A stretch of DNA of 64,000 nucleotides from NCBI GenBank assembly GCA_030649895.1, contig JAUSEX010000052.1, forward strand, positions 16,988 to 80,987. Reading direction: 5' to 3'. The position numbers were made by a program, and so were the translations under genes. Shown here one piece after another: positions 1-7,432 of the stretch (the stretch's first letter is position 1; every line of letters begins with the position of its first letter). Origin of the DNA: Candidatus Omnitrophota bacterium (GTDB lineage: Bacteria; Omnitrophota; Gorgyraeia; Gorgyraeales; Gorgyraeaceae). The notes beneath the pieces were generated by a model. It ran no database searches and was not told the origin of the DNA. It worked only from the letters and a program-made list of their open reading frames with translations.

Positions 1-344
1 AGAATCTTTTTGTGATACCTGTGCACCATATCAAGAACAATTTCGCTTCCCTTTATGTTAGTAACTAAAGATTCCAGCGGCTTCTTTACTACAAGATCCA
101 CTCCTACTGCCGCGGCTAAATGATATACCACATCGCATCTTTCAACTAATTTATCTACAAGCATTTCATTAAGTATAGTGCCTTCTATAAATTGGAATGA
201 CTTATTTCCGTCCAGATGGGCAATATTCTCAAATCTTCCCGTAGAAAGGTCATCCAATATAACTACTTCATTCCCGCCTGCTATCAATTCATCGCTTAAG
301 TGCGACCCTATAAATCCCGCTCCGCCTGTAATAAGAACTTTCAT
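1..344 (-). CDS. NAD-dependent epimerase/dehydratase (GalE/UDP-sugar epimerase-like), N-terminal part. The gene continues beyond the window start.
   Basis: Reverse-complement translation begins MKVLITGGAGFIGSHLSDELIAGGNEVVILDDLSTGRFENI, a Rossmann GxxGxxG motif typical of SDR-type sugar epimerases. The ATG is the complement of 342-344. Confidence 0.8.
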   Translation of the reverse strand, partial: MKVLITGGAGFIGSHLSDELIAGGNEVVILDDLSTGRFENIAHLDGNKSFQFIEGTILNEMLVDKLVERCDVVYHLAAAVGVDLVVKKPLESLVTNIKGSEIVLDMVHRYHKKI

Positions 345-358
345 TTTGTCTCCCTTAA

Positions 359-484
359 CTTCTCGACTTTGCTCTCTTGGCTTGCTCTCGTGACCGCTCG
401 AAGAATATTAGCAGGGGAACATGCGCTCCTTACAATAATGTTCGAGCGAACATCCTGACTATACATGTAAGCACAGTCGAGAAC
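359..484. repeat. Nested palindromic element, copy A (intergenic). Module order: CTTCTCGAC ... CGCTCGAAGAATATT ... GTTCGAGCG ... GTCGAGAAC.
   Basis: Outer inverted repeat TTCTCGAC/GTCGAGAA and inner inverted repeat CGCTCGAA/TTCGAGCG. The same four modules recur at 853-952, 1395-1503, 1804-1870, 2128-2187 and 18488-18557. Confidence 0.8.
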
Positions 485-486
485 TA

Positions 487-789
487 TTATTTAGTTAATT
501 CTAGCTTCCTGATTCTTGTTTCGTGATCATCTACTCTGTGGCTAGTGTCAAACAAAGCTGTCTTCATAGCGCTAAACTCTAAATCGATTCTGTCAAATCT
601 CAGATCAACTCTATCAAATCTCCTATCGTGTTCCTCCAGCTTTTTAACAATACTTCCATACTGCTCAGCCACTACCCTGATTTCTGAGCGTAGAGCTTCA
701 ACCATTACGCCTGTGTGCCTTTCTAAACGGCTTTCCAGGCGCCTTTCCAGTTCCGCAAAAGATCCGGTTAATTTCTTTTCCATGGCCAT
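487..789 (-). CDS. Hypothetical small coiled-coil protein (~100 aa).
   Basis: ORF MAMEKKLTGSFAELERRLESRLERHTG... with a GGAGG Shine-Dalgarno 8 nt upstream of the ATG at 787-789. Heptad-like charged repeats (RFDRVDLRFDRIDLEF). Confidence 0.5.
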   Translation of the reverse strand: MAMEKKLTGSFAELERRLESRLERHTGVMVEALRSEIRVVAEQYGSIVKKLEEHDRRFDRVDLRFDRIDLEFSAMKTALFDTSHRVDDHETRIRKLELTK

Positions 790-812
790 AATTAGCCTCC
801 TTTCTACTACAC

Positions 813-850
813 TAGACACATCTGGAGGCTATTTTCTTTCAAATATTTTT
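813..850 (-). promoter_or_regulatory. Conserved ~40-nt upstream motif, copy a (plus strand TAGACACATCTGGAGGCTATTTTCTTTCAAATATTTTT). It lies immediately upstream of the RBS of the 487-789 gene.
   Basis: The same motif (TAAGACACATCT-N8-TTTTCTTTCAAAnATTTT) recurs at 3183-3220, 7518-7557, 9753-9791, 11597-11637, 15709-15748 and 21708-21750, always upstream of minus-strand genes. Confidence 0.6.
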
Positions 851-852
851 AT

Positions 853-952
853 CTTCTCGACTGGGCTTGCGTGAATAGCTTGCTTTTTCCGCTCGAAGAA
901 TAATACTGTTCGAGCGGACATTGCGATCCAATCTGAAAGCCTAGTCGAGAAC
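853..952. repeat. Nested palindromic element, copy B (intergenic). It abuts the stop codon of the GT4 gene.
   Basis: CTTCTCGAC(853-861) ... CCGCTCGAAGAATAAT ... GTTCGAGCG(908-916) ... GTCGAGAAC(944-952). Same module order as copy A. Confidence 0.8.
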
Positions 953-2262
953 TATTTAGACAGGATAGTATTATACAACTTCTCAGTATCTTTTATCAAT
1001 CTTTCTTTTGAGAATCGGTTTTTCACGATATTCCTGCCATTTTCGCCAAATTGTCTTCTTTTTTCAGGTTCTCTTATTAAATCCATGAGTTTTCGACCAA
1101 ACTCTTCCACATCCTCTGACTCTACCAGATATCCACTCTTTCCATCCTGCACCATATCCACTACACCGCCTACTTTAGTAGCAACCACAGGCCTTGCGCC
1201 AGCCATAGCTTCAATAAGCGATACCGGCGTCCCCTCATTCAGTGATGTCAAAACCACTATGTCTAACCCCTCATAAATCGCCTTTAAGTCCTTCTCCCAT
1301 CCTCTAAACTCTACTATATCTTTTATGCCCAATTCCCCTGCATATTTTTCTAATTCTTCCCTTAATTCCCCATCGCCTATAATTATAAATTTAACTTCTC
1401 GACTCTGCGCACATGATATGCTTTCATGCCCGCTCGAAGAATATTTGCTACCAATATCGTTCGAGCGGACATGTTGTTTCAGATTGCAAGCACAGTCGAG
1501 AACCATCTTATGATTTTTTATGGGCACAAGCCTGCCAACTATGCCTATATTTACAATGTCAGCATTTTCCTTCGGCGCTAATTTAAATAACTCCTCTAAT
1601 TCAAATCCTAACTCTATCACAGAAATTTTATTCTCTGGCGCTATTCTATATTTTTCTACAAGTTCTTTTTTTAAATTTTCGCTTACTGTAATAATCTTAT
1701 CCGTAAACAGCGCCAGAAATCTCTCCACCCATATAAAAAATAACGTTTTAATTTTCCCGAAATATCCGCTAAACGCATGGCCATGAAATGTATGGACAAT
1801 AACAATACTGTTCGAGCGAGGCCGAATATCTTCTCGACAAGCTCGAAGAATATTCGGCCAAGTAGAGAACCTTATAACTTCACACAACACTCCCGCCATC
1901 CTACCCAACGCTCCAGCCTTCGCCGTATGTGTGTGAATAATATCCGGTTTTTCCTCGCGAATAATCTTATATATTTTACAAAATGCCGTCCAATCATCTT
2001 TCCATGACAATTCTCTGCCAAGTTCTTTTACAATAACCGGCTTAATGCCCTTCTCGGCCGCCAGGTAAATCATGTCGCCTTCGCTCTCAGCCACCTCGCC
2101 ACACACAAGCACAGTTTCATATTTTATCTTCTCGACTTCGCTCGAAGAATATTGTTCGAGCGAGGCCGAAGGCCGAATCGAGAACCCTTCTGTCAACAAT
2201 ACTGCATTCCTCGCCGGCCCGCCAATATTAAGTCTCGCAATAATCCTGACTATTTTAATCAT
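952..2262 (-). CDS. Glycosyltransferase family 4 (GT-B fold) carrying three in-frame insertions of the palindromic element.
   Basis: GT4 hallmarks are present (N-terminal MIKIVRIIARLNIGGPARN; C-terminal GLDIVVLTSLNEGTPVSLIEAMAGARPVVATKVGG EX7E-like region). Three segments encoded by the repeat copies (FSIRPSASLEQYSSSEVEKIKYETVLVCGEVAESEGD; LCEVIRFSTWPNILRACREDIRPRSNSIVIV; DCACNLKQHVRSNDIGSKYSSSGHESISCAQSREVKF) interrupt otherwise conserved GT4 sequence without breaking the frame. Confidence 0.8.
   Translation of the reverse strand: MIKIVRIIARLNIGGPARNAVLLTEGFSIRPSASLEQYSSSEVEKIKYETVLVCGEVAESEGDMIYLAAEKGIKPVIVKELGRELSWKDDWTAFCKIYKIIREEKPDIIHTHTAKAGALGRMAGVLCEVIRFSTWPNILRACREDIRPRSNSIVIVHTFHGHAFSGYFGKIKTLFFIWVERFLALFTDKIITVSENLKKELVEKYRIAPENKISVIELGFELEELFKLAPKENADIVNIGIVGRLVPIKNHKMVLDCACNLKQHVRSNDIGSKYSSSGHESISCAQSREVKFIIIGDGELREELEKYAGELGIKDIVEFRGWEKDLKAIYEGLDIVVLTSLNEGTPVSLIEAMAGARPVVATKVGGVVDMVQDGKSGYLVESEDVEEFGRKLMDLIREPEKRRQFGENGRNIVKNRFSKERLIKDTEKLYNTILSK
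1395..1503. repeat. Nested palindromic element, copy C, inside the GT4 coding sequence and in frame.
   Basis: CTTCTCGAC(1395-1403) ... CCCGCTCGAAGAATATT ... GTTCGAGCG(1459-1467) ... GTCGAGAAC(1495-1503). Confidence 0.8.
1804..1870. repeat. Nested palindromic element, copy D (permuted compact form), inside the GT4 coding sequence and in frame.
   Basis: GTTCGAGCG(1810-1818) aggccgaatat CTTCTCGAC(1830-1838) aa GCTCGAAGAATATTCGGCC(1841-1859) aa GTAGAGAAC. The stem ggccgaatat/atattcggcc is complementary. Confidence 0.75.
2128..2187. repeat. Nested palindromic element, copy E (60-bp compact form), inside the GT4 coding sequence and in frame.
   Basis: CTTCTCGAC ttc GCTCGAAGAATATT GTTCGAGCG aggccgaaggccgaa TCGAGAACC. 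It encodes KYSSSEVEK, the same peptide as the copy in asnB at 18488-18557. Confidence 0.8.
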
Positions 2263-2594
2263 CCGATTATCTTTCTTATATTCTCTTCTACTTTATTTAA
2301 GTCGACTTTCGAAATTTCTCCTATTTTCCTGAAAATCATATTTGACTTTATTGTTCTTATAATTCCAGTAACCAATGAAGGGTAGAGCAACCCTGCTTCT
2401 TTCCATTGAGAAATCTTTGTATCGCCTAAGAGTATCCTATCTACATTACTGGTAATAGCTAAGATAACCACTTCTTGCCTTTCTGTATGATATGCTTCAC
2501 TGCTTATAACCAATGCCGGCCTTTTCTTGAATCCTATCCCTTCAGAAAAACCAAAATTCACCAGCGCGATGTCCCCATGTTTACATTTTATCAT
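2259..2594 (-). CDS. mazF: Type II toxin, MazF/PemK family endoribonuclease.
   Basis: MIKCKHGDIALVNFGFSEGIGFKKRPALVISSEAYHTERQEVVILAITSNV is a canonical PemK/MazF pattern (GDI..V.F...G.E...RPALV.S......VV..ITS). The start overlaps the upstream antitoxin stop (ATGA-type coupling). Confidence 0.8.
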   Translation of the reverse strand: MIKCKHGDIALVNFGFSEGIGFKKRPALVISSEAYHTERQEVVILAITSNVDRILLGDTKISQWKEAGLLYPSLVTGIIRTIKSNMIFRKIGEISKVDLNKVEENIRKIIG

Positions 2595-2832
2595 ACTCAG
2601 CGTCCTTTTTGTTTTCCCACACACTATGCAATATAGGATCCTTATCCGGATATGCGCTTATATTGGATAATTCTTTTCTTTCAGTTTCTTCGTGCAGTTT
2701 TTTTTGCACACATTCTAATACATATTCTCTCATTGTTTTGCCATATAGCGCTGCATAAGCCTTGATTTGCCTATGTTCTTCTGGTAGCACATCAATACTC
2801 AATCTTTCTCTCCCTAAATTTTTCTTTGCCAT
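2581..2832 (-). CDS. Ribbon-helix-helix (CopG/Arc-like) antitoxin, cognate partner of the MazF toxin.
   Basis: MAKKNLGRERLSIDVLPEEHRQIKAYAALYGKTMREYVLECV (RHH beta-strand plus two helices). AGGAGG Shine-Dalgarno 7 nt upstream of the ATG. The 3' end overlaps the mazF start. Confidence 0.7.
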   Translation of the reverse strand: MAKKNLGRERLSIDVLPEEHRQIKAYAALYGKTMREYVLECVQKKLHEETERKELSNISAYPDKDPILHSVWENKKDAEYDKM

Positions 2833-2905
2833 ATAAAACACCTCCTACCAAAACTATACCACATTTACACAAATGTGTCAATACACATGTATATTATTAT
2901 GGGAA

Positions 2906-3160
2906 CTAGGCTTCTATAGCGCACCCAGATAAAGCAATGTGCATTTTTTGCACATTGCTTTTTTCTCCTAACTCTTTTGAGTTAAATATGTTACTAATAT
3001 GTCGCGTTATTACACTTCTATCTATTTGAAATAGTTTCGCTATTTTAGCTTGAGTAAGCCAAACCGTATCCTGCTCAAGCTTAATTTCTAATAAAACTTT
3101 ATTGTGCTTATCACTATAGATAACTATTTCTCCCTTAAAAAACTTATCTTGATCTACCAT
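2906..3160 (-). pseudogene. RhuM-family (Fic/DOC-associated virulence protein) N-terminal fragment, 84 aa, truncated.
   Basis: EIKLEQDTVWLTQAKIAKLFQIDRSVITRHISNIFNSKELGEKSNVQKMHIA matches the conserved N-terminus of RhuM proteins (TVWLTQ..MAELFQ....NISLHIKNIF..EL.E.SV.K). Full-length family members are about 330 aa. Confidence 0.55.
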
Positions 3161-3182
3161 ATTTGACTCCTCCTTTGTATAA

Positions 3183-3220
3183 TAGACACATCTGGAGGCT
3201 GTTTTCTTTCAAATATTTTC
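3183..3220 (-). promoter_or_regulatory. Conserved ~40-nt upstream motif, copy b, followed (minus strand) by TATTATAC, an AGGAGG RBS and the ATG of the RhuM fragment.
   Basis: Plus strand TAGACACATCTGGAGGCTGTTTTCTTTCAAATATTTTC. Confidence 0.6.
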
Positions 3221-3239
3221 ATGGCTTTATTATAACTAT

Positions 3240-4040
3240 TTATTTTCTTATTGTCCAGAAGTCTGCTGAAAGGGTTTCGAGGTATTCATACGGCATGATA
3301 AAGTAGCCATCTTTGCCCCATTTAGTTCCCCAGGAATTTCGCACAAGAAATCTCTTTTCTCGCTGGTCATATCCCACTGCCAGAACAGCGTGTCCGCCAA
3401 GGACTTTTTCCTTCTTCCTGGGCATATTAGCCACGCCTGTACGTGCCACTCTCTGCGACTGGAAACTCTCATAAACAGTAAAGCCAAATACAAATGGATA
3501 TCCTTCAGCAAGGCAGGTAAGCATTTCAGGCAGGCTATTTATGCGGTGATAAGATTCTATACAGCGTTTCTTTGCTTCAGCATAGCATTTTTTAGGAGGT
3601 TTTCTGGTAAATCTTTCTATTACATACGGCCACGTCTTTTCCCAGCACGCGCCTTGTTTTCTCAATGTCTTAATGCCGTCTCTTAAAGATGCTCCTGAGT
3701 CATAATCAACTGTATTTTCCAAAACTCTCTCATTATAATAAATAAAAAGCCTGCTTACATCCGTATATCCCAACAACCTTCCCGTTCGGCGATCGGGATT
3801 ATCTTTATCCCGATCGCCGAACGGGAAGGTTATGCCTTTTCTATCCAAATATTCCAAATTTCCAGCCAATGCATTCGCAGTGCAACTCCCAAGCGCCTCC
3901 TGATTTTCCACGATAGAACAAAATTCCCTCAAATCCACCTTTTTCGGCAATCTCACTACAGGCCTTATCGCCTTATATAAATAATCCCTCTGATCCGGCC
4001 TATCTGGCACCCAGCCATAACTTCTTTTCCCCTTAACCAT
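3240..4040 (-). CDS. Papain-like cysteine peptidase, C1 family.
   Basis: Catalytic Cys context QEALGSCTANALAGNLEY; His context GGHAVLAVGYD; Asn/Trp context NSWGTKWGKDGYF. The gene contains a perfect 18-bp-stem hairpin at 3781-3825 that encodes, in frame, PFGDRDKDNPDRRTG. Confidence 0.8.
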   Translation of the reverse strand: MVKGKRSYGWVPDRPDQRDYLYKAIRPVVRLPKKVDLREFCSIVENQEALGSCTANALAGNLEYLDRKGITFPFGDRDKDNPDRRTGRLLGYTDVSRLFIYYNERVLENTVDYDSGASLRDGIKTLRKQGACWEKTWPYVIERFTRKPPKKCYAEAKKRCIESYHRINSLPEMLTCLAEGYPFVFGFTVYESFQSQRVARTGVANMPRKKEKVLGGHAVLAVGYDQREKRFLVRNSWGTKWGKDGYFIMPYEYLETLSADFWTIRK

Positions 4041-4052
4041 CCCTCCCCTCCT

Positions 4053-4568
4053 CTAAACCTGGTCTACTGTGATTTTCTTAATGCCTAAAACATTGCAGAA
4101 ACGCATGACGGTATATAGCGTGACATTTTTCCTGCCTTCTTCTATCCTGGAAACATCCGGCTGTTTCATACCTATGCGATGCGCCAATTGCTTCTGGCTC
4201 AACCCTTTCCGAATCCTCGCTTCTTTAATAAGCGCCCCAAACTTCCGGAAAAAAACCGGCGTGGCGCTTGCAGGTTTTCTGCGGCCTCGTCCATTCACAT
4301 CTACAAGCTGTTCATAGATTGTTTCCCACCAATCCCTAAAATCTGATTGTCGCGCGCGTTTTATCCATTGAGCCCTGATCCTTGGCCATGCGTCTATAAA
4401 CGTATCCTTGGCAATCAAGGAAAATAGCTCCTTTGACTTATCACAGCGCGACAGAAAAATTACCATTTTAACCGGAAATTGCGGATGTTCTGGATTTTTA
4501 AGTATCTTGGCTGTTTCTTTCAGGGCATTTTCACTTATGTCCCAAAAATATTTTGAAATAATCATCAT
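4053..4568 (-). CDS. Hypothetical protein with a C-terminal XRE-family helix-turn-helix. Overlaps the upstream AbiEii-like gene by 4 nt.
   Basis: C-terminal LSQKQLAHRIGMKQPDVSRIEEGRKNVTLYTVMRFCNVLGI is a classic XRE HTH. The N-terminal ~100 aa are of unknown fold. Confidence 0.6.
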   Translation of the reverse strand: MMIISKYFWDISENALKETAKILKNPEHPQFPVKMVIFLSRCDKSKELFSLIAKDTFIDAWPRIRAQWIKRARQSDFRDWWETIYEQLVDVNGRGRRKPASATPVFFRKFGALIKEARIRKGLSQKQLAHRIGMKQPDVSRIEEGRKNVTLYTVMRFCNVLGIKKITVDQV

Positions 4569-5275
4569 CCTATTGCCTCCATGGCTAATTGCTTGACCTC
4601 GTTTTCCAGGTAAATAACCAATTCCTTAGCATTGAATTCAGTATCGTAAATATCCAGCTCCATTAGCGCAAGCTTGAGTTCCTGCCTGGAAAATGTTCGA
4701 TACCAGTGGACTATCCCCTTTTGGAACCGGGGCGAAAGGCTGCGCAGGAATATGTGCAATGGCTGTATTTTTTTTGAAAGTATGTACACGTCAAATACAT
4801 CTCGCGCCTCTTTGCGGCCTTCGCTGACTTGCCTGCCGACCTCATCTGTTATAACTTGAGTGCCGGAAATAGCGGCTATTTTATGCAGGTATAAATCCTC
4901 TGCACTATACACGCGGACACCGTCAATTTTCCGTATTGCCGGGTGAATGCATACAACATCTTCAACAAAATCAATCTTTAATGGCCTATCCGAACCCTTG
5001 ACCGATATAGTATAAAACCGAACGGCCGCCTTATTGCCGGAAACAAATTCTGATTCCAGATGAATTTTCTGATCCAGATGTTTTTCAAAGGCCTCTGTTA
5101 AGGCAGCTATTTCCGGAATAAGGTATTTCCTTGAAAAAAAATCCAGATCCGAGGAAAACCTATGATGCAGATAATACAATTCAAGAGCTGTGCCACCGGC
5201 AAGCGCAAAATCCCCTGTCTCACGCGAAAAGGCCTTCAGAACAAGTTTTTGCGCCTCTCTTAATTTTAAGTTCAT
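4565..5275 (-). CDS. Nucleotidyltransferase, AbiEii/AbiGii (DUF1814) toxin family, number 1. No upstream AbiEi partner.
   Basis: GDFALAGGTALELYYLHHRFSSDLDFF matches the AbiEii motif (GGTAL...Y...R.S.DLDF). Confidence 0.7.
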   Translation of the reverse strand: MNLKLREAQKLVLKAFSRETGDFALAGGTALELYYLHHRFSSDLDFFSRKYLIPEIAALTEAFEKHLDQKIHLESEFVSGNKAAVRFYTISVKGSDRPLKIDFVEDVVCIHPAIRKIDGVRVYSAEDLYLHKIAAISGTQVITDEVGRQVSEGRKEARDVFDVYILSKKIQPLHIFLRSLSPRFQKGIVHWYRTFSRQELKLALMELDIYDTEFNAKELVIYLENEVKQLAMEAIG

Positions 5276-5340
5276 ATAAATAACCTCTATGCTTATATAT
5301 AGATTATAATCTATCTCTATATAGAGTATAACCTATATTT

Positions 5341-5500
5341 TTATTTTGTCAATAGGCGCTAACGAAATATGCCTGCCCCGTACCCTTGTGGTACGGGGTC
5401 TATTGGGCATGCCTTAAAATCCCAACCGCATATCCAATATTTCTTAAAGGATTATCCGGACGCATGGAGGAGACTTTTTTTGACTGCTTTGGCTACGTTT
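5341..5500. repeat. Repeat and gene-remnant block. It contains a CAATAGGCGCT...GCCT/ATTG hairpin interrupted by a 23-bp mini-hairpin (5376-5398), plus a 3' remnant (last ~30 codons) of the winged-helix 'family A' gene (complement 5400-5490).
   Basis: Reverse-complement translation gives PKQSKKVSSMRPDNPLRNIGYAVGILRHAQ*, matching the C-termini of the genes at 7556-7987, 11687-12061 and 15722-16153. The flanking hairpin sequence recurs at 10748-10790 and 25990-26035. Confidence 0.6.
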
Positions 5501-5626
5501 ACCAGCCATATTCCCAATACGCGAGGGGTATATTGAGATATCCATGGCCTTCTACGCTATTGATACGGGCCTCAAAAGAGCCGCCATAGTTAAATTTTAC
5601 ATCTACCAGGCCATAACCTTTTAATT

Positions 5627-6544
5627 TTACCGATAAAGAATTTTTTCAAGCTTCTCAACCGCTGCCTTCCGGAGAAACGCGCTCATTTGATTTAAGTTAT
5701 ACAACTTCCACTGAACCGCCGGAAGCTTACTTGCGTCATCTAAACCTAAAAGCCCCCAATCAGGATTGCCTTGTTTAAATGATATAAGAAATTTTTTATC
5801 ATCGTTAGTGAGATTTTCAAGCACCGTCCGAAATAATTTCTCGCGGGTTTCTATTAAGTCACTCAATTGCACCGGAATAGTGGGCATTTTCTCAAATTGC
5901 GTTTTAAAGACTTCTGTTAAATCCTTCCTATTCGGCATTAAAAGCTCTGAAATAGGCCGATTGCCACATATTAAATATACCAAAAAAGATTTTTTCAATG
6001 TCTTGGTAATGCCTTCATTCGCAAACAAAACCATAACATCAAAAAAATCTCGGGGATGCTGACGATCTAATGCCGCACATAATTTCCCGGCATACAGTTC
6101 ATCAAAAGACACAACTGGAACTTTTACATATCCAAAAAAATTTTCAACAATACGAGATATCTGCATTTTCGTTGGCGAATACAGCAAGCCCCGCGATACG
6201 GGAGATGCTTCTATTTTAATACTCTCCGAATCATGCCAGACAACTAATTTAGCTATATTCTCGTCATTATTTTTTTGTGCGCTCACAGAAGAACCAACAA
6301 TCGAATGTTTTATTTGAGCTGCCATCGATTGAAAGGCTTGCGTTATCTCGAATAGAGAAACAACCCGTTCCTTGATCGGGGTATACACAAGATCAATATC
6401 AACCGATAATCGCGGCATGTCCCGCACAAAAAGATTGATGGCTGTCCCACCTTTAAGCGCGAAACAATCACAAGCCGCGACATGAGGCAATACTCGCACC
6501 AATAATTGCACCCGTTTAAAATACGGGTTTATTGTATCAAACAT
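5627..6544 (-). CDS. Nucleotidyltransferase, AbiEii toxin family (type IV TA), number 2.
   Basis: CFALKGGTAINLFVRDMPRLSVDIDLVY motif. The start overlaps the upstream AbiEi gene by 8 nt. Confidence 0.8.
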   Translation of the reverse strand: MFDTINPYFKRVQLLVRVLPHVAACDCFALKGGTAINLFVRDMPRLSVDIDLVYTPIKERVVSLFEITQAFQSMAAQIKHSIVGSSVSAQKNNDENIAKLVVWHDSESIKIEASPVSRGLLYSPTKMQISRIVENFFGYVKVPVVSFDELYAGKLCAALDRQHPRDFFDVMVLFANEGITKTLKKSFLVYLICGNRPISELLMPNRKDLTEVFKTQFEKMPTIPVQLSDLIETREKLFRTVLENLTNDDKKFLISFKQGNPDWGLLGLDDASKLPAVQWKLYNLNQMSAFLRKAAVEKLEKILYR

Positions 6545-7313
6545 TAAATTTTTCCGGCACTGTTATTAAATAGGTCTTATTTAATTTGCCTTTATTCACA
6601 ATAAGCCTTTTCCCATTACCTAAATTAACGGCATCCTTGTCTATTGTCTCCAGCCAGGGATGCTTATAGTATTCTGCCAAAAATAAAAACAATCTCTTGA
6701 CTGCGACATGCCTACAAGCGCGCAGTAATTCATTAACTACATTCGGACGTAATGTGGTTAACCCTTCCATAAGCTCTGCGGCAAAGGTAAATGAAAATTC
6801 ATCTTTAACAAATACCAACGCTTCCATTATTGCCATTTCAGGCGATGAAATCTTTAATGGCCAGTCCTTTATAGGACTTTTTATTTCCATAAATCCCACG
6901 TTTTTGGGCACGCCTCTAAATAACTGTTTATGCACAACTCGTAAAGATACATTAAGAGTGACATTCCTAACCCACGAAGGGATTTTTGACAATCCCACAA
7001 GATATATCTGATTTTCTCCCGCTAATCTTAAATAATGAGAAAACCCCTGTAAATTAAGCGCTGTTTCTCCGCTAACATGATAAGCTACCCCCTCTATGTG
7101 TTGCCACGAAGCAACCAAGCCCTGCCAACTCACTTCTGTTGTCGGCCTGCTATACGCTCCTTTACCTACAGATTTAAGCCATCCACCTTTAACATAATTA
7201 TGAGTACGCTGTCTGGAGTATCCTTTATCCTGTAGCCATTTGCTTGGAGCTATGGCACCTTCAGGTAAACATAGATATAATTGGTTTATTTTTTCGTTGT
7301 TTTGTATATTCAT
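6537..7313 (-). CDS. AbiEi-family antitoxin / transcriptional regulator, number 2.
   Basis: N-terminal winged helix ...KWLQDKGYSRQRTHNYVKGGWLKSVGKGAYS (AbiEi_4 pattern L...G.L....RG.Y). Paired immediately upstream of AbiEii. Leaderless-like TATACT 7 nt before the ATG. Confidence 0.75.
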   Translation of the reverse strand: MNIQNNEKINQLYLCLPEGAIAPSKWLQDKGYSRQRTHNYVKGGWLKSVGKGAYSRPTTEVSWQGLVASWQHIEGVAYHVSGETALNLQGFSHYLRLAGENQIYLVGLSKIPSWVRNVTLNVSLRVVHKQLFRGVPKNVGFMEIKSPIKDWPLKISSPEMAIMEALVFVKDEFSFTFAAELMEGLTTLRPNVVNELLRACRHVAVKRLFLFLAEYYKHPWLETIDKDAVNLGNGKRLIVNKGKLNKTYLITVPEKFNV

Positions 7314-7432
7314 ACTTTACAGTATATCATATTTCTAAACTAAAAACAAGCTTATGGTTTAAATTTTATTATTCTTGTATATTGTGGGTTTACTTTTTAA
7401 TATTATTCTAAACATCGTCTCTGTATCTGCCA

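Noticed and set aside
813-850. Calling the 40-nt motif itself a sigma70 promoter (TTGAAA as -35).
   Set aside because: The distance from TTGAAA to any TA...T hexamer is about 22 nt, not 16-18. Genuine TTGACA-N17-TATACT promoters exist elsewhere in the window, so the organism uses canonical spacing. The motif is therefore kept as regulatory site or repeat of unknown role.
545-874. Plus-strand ORF (109 aa) antisense to the coiled-coil gene. Similar plus-strand ORFs occur throughout, e.g. 1085-1276, 5766-6062, 6697-7011, 10909-11250, 14413-14814, 30706-31071, 40325-40783, 47368-47676 and 57745-57987.
   Set aside because: They lie entirely within, and antisense to, well-supported minus-strand genes. 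They have low-complexity Ser/Leu/Phe-rich translations typical of antisense frames in AT-rich DNA, with no RBS and no homology signal.
3248-3511. Minus-strand overlapping ORF (87 aa) inside the C1 peptidase gene. Similar nested same-strand ORFs occur at 10274-10480, 46110-46385, 52837-53079 and 54382-54573.
   Set aside because: These are alternative frames of confidently assigned genes with no independent RBS or conservation signal.
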